From: Monocercomonoides exilis PA203
Lineage: Eukaryota > Protista > Preaxostyla
Length of the DNA: 64,000 nt
NCBI GenBank assembly: GCA_001643675.2
Contig: LSRY02000009.1
Coordinates: 1,116,001-1,180,000 of the forward strand
Direction of reading: 5' to 3'
The notes under the pieces were generated by a model. The model made no database searches and had not been told where the DNA came from. It was given only the letters and a program-made list of their open reading frames with translations. The translations under genes were made by a program, and so were the position numbers. Within the stretch, counting starts at the first letter, position 1. Each line of letters begins with the position of its first letter. This document shows positions 25,339 to 38,059 of this stretch, one piece after another.

Positions 25339-27208
25339 ATGAAATTACTAGTGAAAAAGAAAGCTGAAGCGGCGCAGAAGAGGCTGAAGGAAGCAATGTC
25401 TACATTACGTTACAGAAAATATAGTTCAAGATTGGAAAGGATTGCACACATTGTGAATGATAATATCATCAGACTGGTAGATGGAGTTAAATACGGTGGA
25501 ATCTTCAAGAAGTCATTATTGCATGCTGTTTAAGCAATAAAAAACGGCAGGCCTATTGCAAAAGTTGGGCGCCCACCAATTATAAGCGGTGAAAAAGAAA
25601 ATCAATTCTTGGAAGAAGTTTCAATTGAATCTCGATCTGGGACAAGCCTCATGTTACGAAAAGCGCGCGATCTGGTTTGCAATTGATATTTGGGGGAAAA
25701 TACGGACTTTCAAGCTTTTTATGCACAAAGCATGAAAAAATTGTTTCACTTATTACATTTTGAAACTCAACCAGATTTCAAATAAATTTGATTTTCATTT
25801 TTGAAAGCAAACGCCATTGATATAATAACATTATGTTGTGTGACATCATATGTATTTCAAAAAATGAACCCATTTTATTCATATTTTTTGATTACAAAAA
25901 GATCTTCAGAGGTGCATAATTTTTCAATGAAAATGCCTGAAGGAAAATATTTTGTCCCATTTGAATTGCATATTCATTTGTATTCAGATGGAAAATATTA
26001 TTAACGATAGTGAAGAAGAAGAAAATGAAGAAAAGAAAAAAAGACAGTAACTCTAAAGACAGTTTACGCCTTCATAAAGCGCCATCCGGAATTGAAGTCA
26101 TTGCTGCCAAAGCAAGTTGATATCAACAGACTTGCAGCATCTTGTCAGAAAGTCCTAAAGCCGTGGTATACAGAATTACAAGCATAACACGACGAAAATA
26201 AATATTAAGAGGAATTAATCTTCAATGTTGACGAATCTTCGCTTTCGATTTCCAACTTCTTCACGTGGTGTTGTTGTTCATCCCGCAGATGAGCAAGCTG
26301 TGTTAAAAAAGACTGCCGAACGGATGCTGAATGCAACTCTCGTTGCTTGAATAGCCGCTGATGGTTTCTCTCTTCTGTCTGTGGTACTGTGGCTGAGCAC
26401 AACTCTTCCAAAAGAACTAACAACACTGTTTACGCCGTTGCTTGACATTTGGCCAAGCACAAACAGCTGGATGGACAAAACATCATTCAAAAAATACACC
26501 TTAACAGTTCCACTGTTGGCTATCATTGACAGAAGATAGCGAATACTTAAAGAATCTCATCAACGCCTTGTTTTTCTTGACTCACACTCATCACTGGTCG
26601 ATCAAACGATATGGAGACAGTTAAAGGAAGCCGAAATAGACGTTGTCACCTTCGTTCCACATACTACACACATATCACAGAAGCTGAACAGAGGAATATT
26701 TGCAATGTTGAAGTCGGAGCTTTCAAACAATTACAGCTCCCCATCATCCACCTCCTCATCTGATAAAAGAACAGCTGTTGCAGATGTGTTCCCACAAGCC
26801 CTTCACACTGCATTTACCCCTTCAGTCATTAAAAAAGCATTCATCAACAGCAGAGTCCTCAGCAATGGTTCTGGATCGGTTCAAATGAAGCTTCTTCAGT
26901 CTTTTCAATACTCCATTCCTTAACACTCTCGCTGTTTCGACTTCTTCAAAAAAGCTATCACGAAAGAAAAACTCCTTGATGAAAGGGATGTGTGCAATGA
27001 AAAACACAAGATGATAATTGAAGAAAATGCAGAAAAAGAAAAGGAAATTGAAGAAAAAGAATTGTCTTTGGAAAAAAAAGCGAAAAGGACAACCAGAAAA
27101 ATTAAGAATTATGACGATGAAACAAGTGATGAATTTGACCCCTTTGAACGTGACAATGGAAAAAGAAAAGTTGAAAGAGTAATTGATTCGAGCTTTGTAT
27201 TTTTTTGA
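25339..27208 (+). pseudogene. pogo/Fot1-like DDE_1 transposase, right arm (intron 25675-25987)
   Basis: HTH region with GRPP, FNVDESS, SWMDK, VFLDSHSS, FVPHTTHISQKLNRG; stops and frameshifts. Confidence 0.85.
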
Positions 27209-27439
27209 TGTGTTTTTAACTTTTTTCATTTCATATAATTTTGGTGCCAATAAAGAAAAAAGTGCCAATTCAATGATGGAATTTTTTTATGTTTTGACGA
27301 ATTTTATTCAATAGATTCTGTAGGAATATCTCTTTTATCTTTCATGTATTCGACTTCATTGAAAACTATATTTTGATTTGATTAACTGAAAAATATGAGA
27401 AATATATTCAAAAAAGAATTATTCTTTACCCTTTCCTTT

Positions 27440-29451
27440 GGTGTGATTTATAAACCCGAACTTTTTTTTATTTTTGTTCGAAATTAAAAAAAATATTTTT
27501 TCAAGCTATCATATTTTGATAATAAAAGTTGATATGATTAATAATAAACATAATCAACAAGTTCTCTCTTCATAATTTTTCTGGAATTTTTATGATTTGA
27601 TTCATCGTCCAAAACATCATCATTCAAAATGTCTGATTTGTGAAATTTTCTTTTTTGGGCTTTTCAACTGCGAAAAGTATTTATTCTTCGTTTTCTTTTT
27701 TCTTTTCTTTTCTTTTTTCCATTCTTTAAGAAATTTTTGTTCAGTGATAATTTTCCAAAAAAATCAAACCTAATTGTTCTCTTTTTCAGTGTCACCGAAG
27801 GTTCCTTTGGAAGTGTTGATATAACTGAATTCCGCTTTTTTTAAAGCACGCCGCTTTTCTTGAACGAAGAAACAACTGTTGCTGGAAGAAATGCTGTCTG
27901 AAGAGCTTGTGGAAGAACGTTGGAGATGGCCTCACGTCGAAGAGAAATGGAAGAATCTTGAGGCACAAAGTGTAGAAAGTTGATGCATTTTTTGAAGACT
28001 GAAAACACACCACGATCAAGAGGTCGCGTGATGTATGAACTGTGAGGAATAAAAGTGACGACGTCAATGTTATTATCAGCAAATTTCTGACATATGTCAG
28101 GCTGAGCCCGAGAAGAGTGAGAGTCCAAAAGGAGAAGACATCTCTCATTTGTTTTCATTAATGTCTTCCTTCTTTCGATGATTCCAGTTAATATAACCTC
28201 TTCTGCGTGTCTTTGAAATATGCTTTCTGTCATTTATCCTTTGTTGTTGTCCCTAACATCAATATATGCTCTCAGAAGAACTCCCATTTCATTTGGTAAT
28301 TTGTGGAATGGCCACAATACAACGCTTTTGAGAGAATATCCATCTGCAGCAGCTGCGACAACCAACGTGGCATTTGGCATGTTTGTGGGTGTTGCATGAA
28401 ATCCAGCTGGAACTCCTGTAGGGTGAATCACCAGAGTTTTGAAAGAATCCGATAAGCGGAGTGAAGATTCATCAGTGTTAAAGATTAAAGAAGGTGAATA
28501 ATGATGAGAATTGTGAAGACCCTGCAGAAGCTCGTAGAAAGGAAGAAGTGCTTGTTGGTTGGATACTGAAAGACGTTGGATATCTACATTTCTTGGCATG
28601 GAGGTTTTGAGCTCTGAATTCCTTTTTGCAAATAGATATGGATATGATTTTAACACACTGGCGTTTTCATCAACATCAGTTTCTGATCGGCTTTTTTTGT
28701 CGGAAAGGACGGATTCCATCTGAAAAAAATTTATTATGAAAAACGAAAGATAAATAAAAGTGAAATCAAACTAATTTTCTTGTTCTCTTGACATTTAAAC
28801 TTGTTCCGGATAAACTTTCGATTTTTATAACTCCAACAATAACATTTTTGTCTTCTTCATTGAATAGTTCTGGCCTGCCAGGTTTTGCAACAGCTCTGCC
28901 GCTTTCAATTGCTGAAACTGCTCTTATTATTGCTGAACGAGAGAACTCTTTGGTATTTATTGCATCAACGATTCTGACATGTCCGTCAACAACAATACGT
29001 GCCATGCGTTCTAATCGATTTTCAATTCTTCGATATTCGAATGACGTCATTTTTTCTCGAAGTATTAACTGTCCACGTTCTCTTTTGGTTTTCACAATAC
29101 TCATTGAAAAAATATTCTGGTAAAGATCTTTTTTTTAATTTTTTTTTCAAAAATGTTTTTTTTTGAAATGAAAAAAATTAAAAAAAAATTACGATCAAAT
29201 TCTAACTTAATGAGCCCCGTTGCTATAACCAAATCTCCTCAGGGGAGGCACTAATCAGAAATGGAGGAACTAACAACCCCATCTCCACACCACACCATCA
29301 GAGATTAGGTATTGTAATTTAATCTTAATTTCTGACTGCTGGCTTTTCCTTATATACGCAAAACTATTAATAAAATATGAAAAGTGTGTTGATGAGACAA
29401 ATAATTATAAAAATGTTCGGGAAAAAAAAAATTCGGGTTAATAAATCACCC
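27440..29451 (-). mobile_element. pogo-like DD35D DNA transposon (~2 kb) with degenerate TIRs
   Basis: TIR gggtgatttattaacccgaa at 29451 (TA flank) vs gtgtgatttataaacccgaa at ~27440; encloses a transposase. Confidence 0.75.
27600..29104 (-). pseudogene. DDE_1 transposase with a 52-nt intron (28720-28771)
   Basis: KPGRP HTH exon; NTDESS, LLDSHSS, RPLDRG with 35 residues between the 2nd and 3rd D; stops at 28234 (G*MT) and 27841. Confidence 0.85.
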
Positions 29452-30058
29452 TATCGTTTTTTTCATAAAATAACTGTTCTTCTTATTTCATAACTTTTTC
29501 TTGATTGAATAAGAAATTATATCTTTTCTCAAAGTTTACAACTTTTTTCAATTTCTTTACAACATATCTGTTATCTTATATGAAAAGTACCGTTTTGTCG
29601 TTTTTGTCTTTCTTCCTTCTTTCGTCCATCGTAAAGTGAAGAATTGGAATTAGAAACAGGAATTTTTGATTCTTCATTTTTTCCATGGAACATAATGCTG
29701 AACTCTAAATTCTTCGAAAAAATTTCAATTTTCTTCGGAAATTGAACTGTTAATGAAAGAATGAAAAGATAAATGGAGATTTTTCTATTGTATATTTTTA
29801 GAAATCCAGTGACTGTTCAATATTCATTGTATTCATTCCTTGTTTTCAAAATTTCTCTTGTTCATTGTTCATTGGTTGTGTATTTTGTCTTCTTGATGAT
29901 TGTCAAATGAGTTATATTGGAAGACGAAACAGAAAGAGCAATATCAAAAAAAAAATTAGCAATTATGTTTGAGAAGAAACAACCAAAGGGTCAGTTTTTT
30001 AAAGAAAGCGTTATTTTATCGAAATTCACATTAGTTCACAAACTCCCCATTTATTCCA

Positions 30059-30360
30059 TCATCTTGATTTTTCTTCTTCAACAATCATCCTGATAAATCT
30101 ATTTTTCAAAGTAATATCTGAAAAATAAAGATGGCCTCTCAATTTTTTTGTGTTTTTATATCCAACATGCTTCAGCAACATTGAGGATTTTTCAAAAGGA
30201 TATTTGTTAAATTCATTCAATTTGTGATTTTCATCAAATTCTTCATTCCAGAAAAATTGCTTCAATTCTTCTTTGACCATATTCTTCAGCATTCCATTCA
30301 TCTTCTCCTTCAGCAGACTTTTTTCTTCTTCTGAAAAATCCAGTTCAGGAAACATTTCTT
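30059..30360 (-). pseudogene. N-terminal fragment of a lineage-specific multicopy protein family
   Basis: LLKHVGY...KNRFIRMIVEEEK motif; truncated. Confidence 0.4.
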
Positions 30361-30453
30361 TAAAAAAATCAAATAATTAAAAGCAGTCTTCAATCCCTTG
30401 AATAAATCAATTGCACGCATGTTAAACTTGTTCCATATCTATCATCTCCTATA

Positions 30454-30634
30454 TGGGACAGAATTCTTGCTTTGATGAAAAAAACAAGGATTTGTTCCAA
30501 ACTTTTTCAACTTTCATATCATAACAACTCAAACATTCTCATACAAAAATGTTTAGAAAAATTAAAAAAAAATGAGTAATTTATTCGGAAACTCTGAATG
30601 GAACAAAATTCATAAAGCAAAAAATATTGTCCCA
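30454..30634. mobile_element. 181-bp MITE
   Basis: tgggaca...tgtccca with TA flanks; homologous to 2479-2659. Confidence 0.7.
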
Positions 30635-31029
30635 TATGTTCAAAAAGCAATGTGAATAGAAAGAGTTTATGATAATCCATTCATTGAAAAACAAAGGAAT
30701 GAAAAAGAGAAAAAATGGATGAAATGAAAATACTGATAACAGGCATGAAAAAAACCATAGCTCACACCACTCTTTCATGCATTGTAATTCAGACAAGAAA
30801 ATATTACGAAATGCAAAAGAAAATTCTTTCAAGTTCTTTGCAATAGATGTTTTGATCGAATAATTAACAAGAATCTAGTTCATGAAAAAATGACTACATT
30901 TTGCACAGTTGCTGTCCATATTCTCTTTCCAAACTCAATCTGTTTTTCTGAAAGGCGGAGACAGGACTCAATAACTATTTGACAGATTCTCTGGATTAAA
31001 GAATGGGGCAAATGGAACTATCTTCATTA

Positions 31030-32015
31030 GGTGAGTATTTTTATTGGCACCAGTTTTTTTATTGGCACCAAAAATTATTTTCATTATCTTCATTTCATTA
31101 AAGCTCATAAAATCTGTTTCATAACATAAGTACAATAAACATATAAAAATTAAGCTACACGTCAAATATTTTTTCAAAAAACATTCTCAGAAAAACGATC
31201 TAATAATTTTTAACTTTTATATTTCGATCAATACTTTGCTCGTATTTTCTTGACTGATTGTTGTTTCTAGTTTTTTATCACGGTATTTACAAAAACAACT
31301 GTATTTTCCGTATTTGTTACTTATTCATTATATTTTGAATCATTTATTTAAGTGTATTTTTGCATTTCACCATTTTTGTTAAAACATGCAAGATTAAGTG
31401 AATGTGTTAGTTTTATTGATTTTCATGAAATGTATTATATTTAATAAGTTTTTTAAACAACATATTATTGATAATGGATAACTTCCAATTTGTCAATTAT
31501 TTGATAAATGCAATACTTTTAAAAGCATGATCCTTTGATTTCTTTTTAATTTTGAATATATAATCGTTTTCAAAACATGTACGATATTCAACAAAGATTA
31601 TTTTACCTATATCTTTTGACATTTTTTGACAAGACAAACACATTCACTTAATCTTGCATGTTTTAACAAAAATGGTGAAATGCAAAAATACACTTAAATA
31701 AATGATTCAAAATATAATGAATAAGTAACAAATACGGAAAATACAGTTGTTTTTGTAAATACCGTGATAAAAAACTAGAAACAACAATCAGTCAAGAAAA
31801 TACGAGCAAAGTATTGATCGAAATATAAAAGTTAAAAATTATTAGATCGTTTTTCTGAGAATGTTTTTTGAAAAAATATTTGACGTGTAGCTTAATTTTT
31901 ATATGTTTATTGTACTTATGTTATGAAACAGATTTTATGAGCTTTAATGAAATGAAGATAATGAAAATAATTTTTGGTGCCAATAAAAAAACTGGTGCCA
32001 ATAAAAATACTCACC
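31030..32015. mobile_element. Fold-back MITE, 379-bp TIRs, TA target duplication
   Basis: Arms 31030-31408 and 31637-32015 are reverse complements; TA at 31028-29 and 32016-17; duplicated subterminal motif tttttattggcacc. Confidence 0.9.
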
Positions 32016-32078
32016 TATTATTGGGCATCAAAGAATACAAACAAAAAGTTTGAACTTTTTTCAACTTTATTGTGATAA

Positions 32079-32640
32079 TTGATTGGACGCGCATGTGATA
32101 AAATCAACACATCAATTTTCAAAAACAAAATTTTCATCATCATTAAAAACGTCACATTAAAGATTTGTTCAAATTTTGTTGGAAATATGCAATATCAAAA
32201 ATCCATTTTTTTTAAACAAGGAATATTTAGCTCAAAGAAAACAATTCGATCAAAACAAAGAAACACAAAAAGAAGTGGAAATGAATTTGTTGGCTTTGAA
32301 CCATGTTGGATATTCTGTATGAGCATTTCAATTTTCTTTTTGATATAGTTTATTATTCCCCCCTTTTTTTAAAAAGGAAATTGAACAAGAACTGTTTATG
32401 AGTGAAATCAAAGAAATTATCCAGTATCATCAGGAATATCACAATCTCACACGACTTGCCTATCAGTCTGCTTTGCAAATTGTGAAAAGCAGATTTTTCT
32501 GCAATGGATCATTGAAATTTATAATTGTGAGTTTTCTTCGTTTTGTAAGAAAGGCAGCAAGAGAGTTGGAAGCTTTGATGAAATGTGCAAATTGGAAGAA
32601 AAACGCTGATGAATATGAAAAAAGAAGGAGAGATGGAAGG
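32079..32640 (+). pseudogene. Fragment of a lineage-specific multicopy protein family
   Basis: ELFMSEIKEIIQYHQEYHNLTRLAYQSA...AARELEALMKCANWKK; frameshifted and fused to low-complexity sequence. Confidence 0.45.
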
Positions 32641-35131
32641 AGAAGAGGAGAAGAGGAGAAAAGGAGAAGAAGAGAAGAAGAGAAGATGAAGATAATAATA
32701 ATGATAACGTTGCGGTTCAATTTGAGTGCAAAGCAAAGACTGCTTTTGCAAAACAGATTTATTCCACTTACAATATTACCTTCCACATTCTCCCTTCCCA
32801 ACTCCCATGTGCCTGCATCTGATCATGTCTCTCTCTCTATCTTCTCTATCTTCTTCTCTTTCTCCATTTTTCTCAACTTTTCCCACTTCTTTTCCCATTT
32901 CTTTCATCTACTGCTTCTCCCTCACTCAAATTATTCAGCGCCAAACTTCCACCGTTTATGCAACGATTAAAAGAAGAACCAGAAGCAGAACCAATGGCAG
33001 AGGAAGTGATGTTGTTGTATTTGCTCTACCACCAGTCCCTGAAGACGATGTTCCCCTCCACTGAGTATGCAACGATTTGTGTGGTATCCTTCCAAATGAC
33101 TGCACATGATGATAGAACTTGCTGTGTTGGTGAGACAGTTGCAGGGTGGCATGCACATCAGCCTCGCCTGGAAGTGTCACACTGGCAAAGGCAGAGGTGC
33201 AACCGAAGCAGTCGAGCAGCCTAAACACAGTCGCACGCCGCAGCTCAAACTGTGCTGAAGGAGCAAGAATTGCTGGAAAACAAAAGCTTCATTGACTCTG
33301 CACATGTACGGGGAGTGCGATTGCGAAGGAGAGTTGACTGCATGAAGCATCGAAGCGATTGTTTCCGTGGCCGTTGATGATGATAATGATGATGATATAA
33401 AGCAGCTTGTGGTCAGGCTGTGAATGCGAGAGGATCTGAGAGCGATTATATTGGACAAAGTGGAGAAAGCTGGAAGAAGAAGCTGGATGAACTGCTCTAG
33501 CAGCAGGAGAGACAGAAGAGGAATGCCATTTGCAAGACGTGGGAGAGCTTGTATGAGGGGGCGTAGTGGGAGAGAAAGGATTGGAAGGATGCAGGAAATG
33601 GCTGAAGAACAGGGCCGGAAGGAGAATTGGCGCATTGACAGCTTTGAAGAAGACTGCCACCTACCCTGCCAGGTGATGCGTTGCAATCTGTTTGTGAATG
33701 AGAAGGGAGGCTGAGAGTGCGAGAGTGACTTGACGTGAGCGAAGCGAATAAGAAAGGTGCCAAACACTGGAATGCGGAAAGGCTCATCATTGGCTCAGAA
33801 AAAGAAGAAGTTGAAGATTGAGATGGATGTGGAGCATGTGCTGGTGGTGAAGATATCATTGAATAAGAGGGAGAAGGAGGAGGAGAAGAAGGAGAAGGTT
33901 GCAAAGTGTTTTTAGACGAGGGAAGAGGAAGGAGAATGAGATTTAATGATGCATCTTCAGAAGGCAAGCAAAGATGCATCAGATCCAAAGTTTGTCAGAG
34001 ATTGTGAAGGGAGGAGGGGGAGGGGGAGGGGAAAAAGAAGTTTTGAAAGAAGCATTGAAGAAAGCAGAGAGCGAAAAGTGCTTGGAGAAGACGAAAAAAA
34101 ATGCAAAATACAAAAAAATAAGAAATATAAAAAATTTGAAGGATTTGTAGAACACGACGATGAAGGAGATAGAAAAGGGGATCCAGCAGAAGAGATTGAT
34201 TTGTGTTGTGGAGGAAATGGCATTGCGACAGAAGGAAATCAGAGTGCTTGTGGATTCTTCGTTATCAAGGCAGAGTGTCCAAATACGCTTTTGAGGGTTG
34301 GAATAATCCGACAGAAGCTGTCAAATTCTGATCGATGCGAAGTCAAAATCGTGAGAGACTTGCTTGAAAGTTAGTCGCATCAGCACCTCATGGAGTTGAC
34401 TGCAGTTATCGCTTTAAGTTTTTGTACATCAATGCGGTTTCAATCATTACCTCTAAAATCATTTGGCCTGTTGTTTTTTCTTCTGAAAGTATAATTCGAG
34501 AATCATTCATCTCTTTTTCCTTCTCACTGCAAGAAAAACCAGCTTAAATAAAACTTTGATGCACCTGAGGAACAAATGACTTGTTAGAACTCATTTTGAC
34601 TGCTTTTAAACCAAGCAAACAACGATTTCTTTCTCAAAGCAAAGCTACAAAATTTATTTTTTCAACAATCATCCACTTGTCGCTTGATTCTTGGCCTAGC
34701 TCATAAGTTGGACAAATAATGTTTTGCAGTTTCCGATTTTTGAAAAGAATAAGGAGTCAAATGGATTTTCATCAAAGAAACCATTCACAAAGGAATAATT
34801 GAAGTTTTCGATCGTGATCCAAAAAACTCAACATTTATCTCATTTTCCCTGTACGTGCATCAAGAAGATTTTTATGTGGTCCATAAAATTGCTCTGCAAT
34901 TCAACCATTCATTAAAAAGATTTTCTTTTTTGAATGAATGAAAAAAAACTTCTTGTGGGTGTCATGAGCACTTTCCATCTTTTTCGTTTGCTTTTCTCCT
35001 GAACATGTTCTTAAAAACTATTAAAAGAGATTATTTTCATGTTATTATTTCTTATTGATCGAATATGCAATTTGTCATTTTTTATTTTTCGCTTTCATTT
35101 ATTTTGTTTTTGTTTTGTCATATATATTCGT

Positions 35132-35977
35132 ATGAAAGCCACCACACGCAAATCACATCAAGTTATGCTTACAGATTTGATTGGCACATGCTTGGTCATT
35201 GCTTTTATTTCTTTTATTTTGATTCAATATTTTCTTGATCAACGAAAACAATCAACACTATCTCCAAGACAATGGAAAAAAAAGATTGCAAATATGCGCA
35301 CTATTGTTATAAATTTGGAACGAAGACCTGATAGAAAAAGACATATGGATTTTCAGTTGAAAGATACTCAACTTCAATACGAATTCTTTCCAGCAGTTGA
35401 TGGAAAACTTCTAAATTCGACTGAATGCACAAATGAAAGACTTTCATTTTTGAGCCGAATACATCCTCGCACGAAATTCAATTTTACAGACGCTTGCAAA
35501 ACATTGAGTCCGTATTCCAGGATATATGGAGTTATTGGTTGCTGGCAAAGCCATCTTCAAATATATTTTGACATCGTTGAAAGGGCAAAGAAAACAGGTG
35601 TTGATGGGCCTGTTCTTATTTTGGAAGATGATGCAAATGTTCCTGCAAATTTGAAGCAAATACTACTTAATTTAATGCCTCAACTACCTGATAATTGGGA
35701 TGCATTTTTCTTGGGAAGACATCATCAAAACTGCTCTGTAAATGTGTCTAAAGATTTGTGCAAACTTGATATGTTCTGGGGTGCTCACGCTTATATTTTA
35801 AACGGAGCAAAGGCAGCAGAGAAGTTGATAAGTATATCCAACACTGAAATGGTACAATATATTGACGTAGTTTGGTTGTCGTATACTGGAGGCTATTTAA
35901 ATTTCTATACTGCACACGGTGATCAGATTGTTAAGCAAGACGATGAAGTTCGTCTGAAAAGCGATATCAAATTATAA
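35132..35977 (+). CDS. Glycosyltransferase family 25 (LPS beta-galactosyltransferase / COLGALT-like), type II membrane protein
   Basis: N-terminal TM helix; VINLERRPDR, FPAVDG, GCWQSH, LILEDDA, GAHAY; intact single exon; ATG 35132 preferred over the upstream AT-rich extension. Confidence 0.88.
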   Translation: MKATTRKSHQVMLTDLIGTCLVIAFISFILIQYFLDQRKQSTLSPRQWKKKIANMRTIVINLERRPDRKRHMDFQLKDTQLQYEFFPAVDGKLLNSTECTNERLSFLSRIHPRTKFNFTDACKTLSPYSRIYGVIGCWQSHLQIYFDIVERAKKTGVDGPVLILEDDANVPANLKQILLNLMPQLPDNWDAFFLGRHHQNCSVNVSKDLCKLDMFWGAHAYILNGAKAAEKLISISNTEMVQYIDVVWLSYTGGYLNFYTAHGDQIVKQDDEVRLKSDIKL

Positions 35978-36974
35978 AAAAGCAATCATCTGAAAAGAAG
36001 ATTTATCAAACATTTTCTTTTTATAAACAGAGAAAGTTAGATAAAGTATTTATTTTTTTTAACATTTCAATACATAGATTTTCTATTTTCTATTTCTTTT
36101 TTTTTGTGGGGAAGGAAGATTTAACTTGTCAGTTGACATTCAAAACTTATTATTTTCTTCTTCTTTTTAATAGAAAAATTGATGAACAAACAGATTTATA
36201 TATCAATTTATTCATAAATCTCAATTCACCACCATTATTATTATTATTTATTTTTTAAAAATCTCTTGAATCATTAAACTTTAAAGGTTTTGGAAATTAC
36301 TGAAAGTTATTCACACTCAACCGTTGGATTGGGACGGAAAATTTTGCTTTCAAAAATTTGATACACTTTTCATTAGATGAATTGTGAATAGATTTTTTTA
36401 AATTTTAATAAGCCAGATTTATACAAATGAACTCATGTTTATCCGAATAGATCATGTTTATTTGAAAAAACTGAGTTCATTTAAGATTGACTGAGTTCAT
36501 TAGAGAAACTAAAAATTGGATAAAAAACAAATATTTAAAATTTTATTAAATTGATTGAAAAAAATATTAAAATATTATTTGCATATTAATAATGCAGTTT
36601 TGGAAATGATTTTTGATGTTTTCGAAAAATTCTTTCAAAGATCAAAAGGATCAAAACTTTTTTAAAACAATAAAAATCCTTTTTCGCCAATACATAATTC
36701 AAAACACATCAATATTACATTCGTTAATTATTTAACTTCTGTGCATGCAATCTACATGTTTTAACATGCGTTTTAAATTGAAAAAAAGAAGAATTTCGTG
36801 TGCTATGAAATTAATAATATTCTTTTAATTTGAGATAAATTAGTCAATTTAAAATTGTTGAACGACAAATTGAACTGCCTCAATATATACGCAAACAATT
36901 TGTTTTAAGACTTTGATTGGTTCGATAACATTAAAAGATTGATAAAAACAACCGGCCAGTATTTGAAATTGATA

Positions 36975-37956
36975 GGTTCATATTTTTATTAGTACCCCGT
37001 TTTTTATTAGATCCTAAATTTTTTTTTCTCAAATTGCTTCATATAGAAGCTTATACGCAATGAGTATAATTTTAAAACAAATGATATATTATTATAAGGT
37101 TGTATACAAAATATTTTTGAAAATCATTTCTTTAGACAAAAGATCTGAATTTTTTAAGTTTTATTTTTTGATCAATGTTTTGCTCGTGTTTCCACGAGTT
37201 TCTGAAACCAAGCATTTTCCTTGTTAGCATTGTTTTTAAACTTTTCTTTTTAACATTTTTGATTATTTTATAACATGAGAAACTCTTTTTTTTTCACTAG
37301 TTTTCACACCTCTCCTTTTTTTTGTAAAATTGAAATTTTGAAGAAATATGTTGTTGTTTTTTGAATTAATCATACGTGCATGATTTGCAAATTAGTATAT
37401 CAAATAATTAATGTGATGAAAAATTGAATTAAAAAGTATTTATATCAGAAAATGAAAAAGATGATATTTTGTATTTCTCGTTTTATTTTTCATACATACA
37501 TAAAATTCAAAGAAAGCTAAAATATTAAACATTACATAAGATAATGCATCGTTGAAAAACAAGCAATCTTATTAAAAACAATTTCCTTTGTTGATATTAT
37601 CGATTTTCAAAAAAAAGGAGAGGTGTGAAAACTAGTGAAAAAAAAAGAGTTTCTCATGTTATAAAATAATCAAAAATGTTAAAAAGAAAAGTTTAAAAAC
37701 AATGCTAACAAGGAAAATGCTTGGTTTCAGAAACTCGTGGAAACACGAGCAAAACATTGATCAAAAAATAAAACTTAAAAATTCAGATCTTTTGTCTAAA
37801 GAAATGATTTTCAAAAATATTTTGTATACAACCTTATAATAATATATCATTTGTTTTAAAATTATACTCATTGCGTATAAGCTTCTATATGAAGCAATTT
37901 GAGAAAAAAAAATTTAGGATCTAATAAAAAACGGGGTACTAATAAAAATATGACCC
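36975..37956. mobile_element. Fold-back MITE, ~350-bp TIRs, TA target duplication
   Basis: Arms 36975-37324 and 37608-37956 are near-perfect reverse complements; TA flanks; duplicated subterminal motif tttttattag. Confidence 0.9.
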
Positions 37957-38059
37957 TATTTTTTTTTAAAAAAAGATAATAAATCAAATAAACAAGTCTT
38001 CATAATTTCATTGAATAATGAACAGAGTTCAAACGCTTTTCTCTTTCTATTTGAATAAG

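Larger units (their letters stand above)
23083..27278. mobile_element. 4.2 kb palindromic (fold-back) pogo-like DNA transposon derivative
   Basis: Inverted arms 23092-25093 and 25273-27273 with a ~180 bp spacer; identical ORF translations on opposite strands (24833/25339, 24362/25801, 23442/26705, 23157/26990). Confidence 0.92.

Noticed and set aside
29210-29350. GC-richer island upstream of the transposase, as a candidate ncRNA
   Set aside because: No tRNA, snRNA or ribozyme motif recognised, and no second copy for comparison
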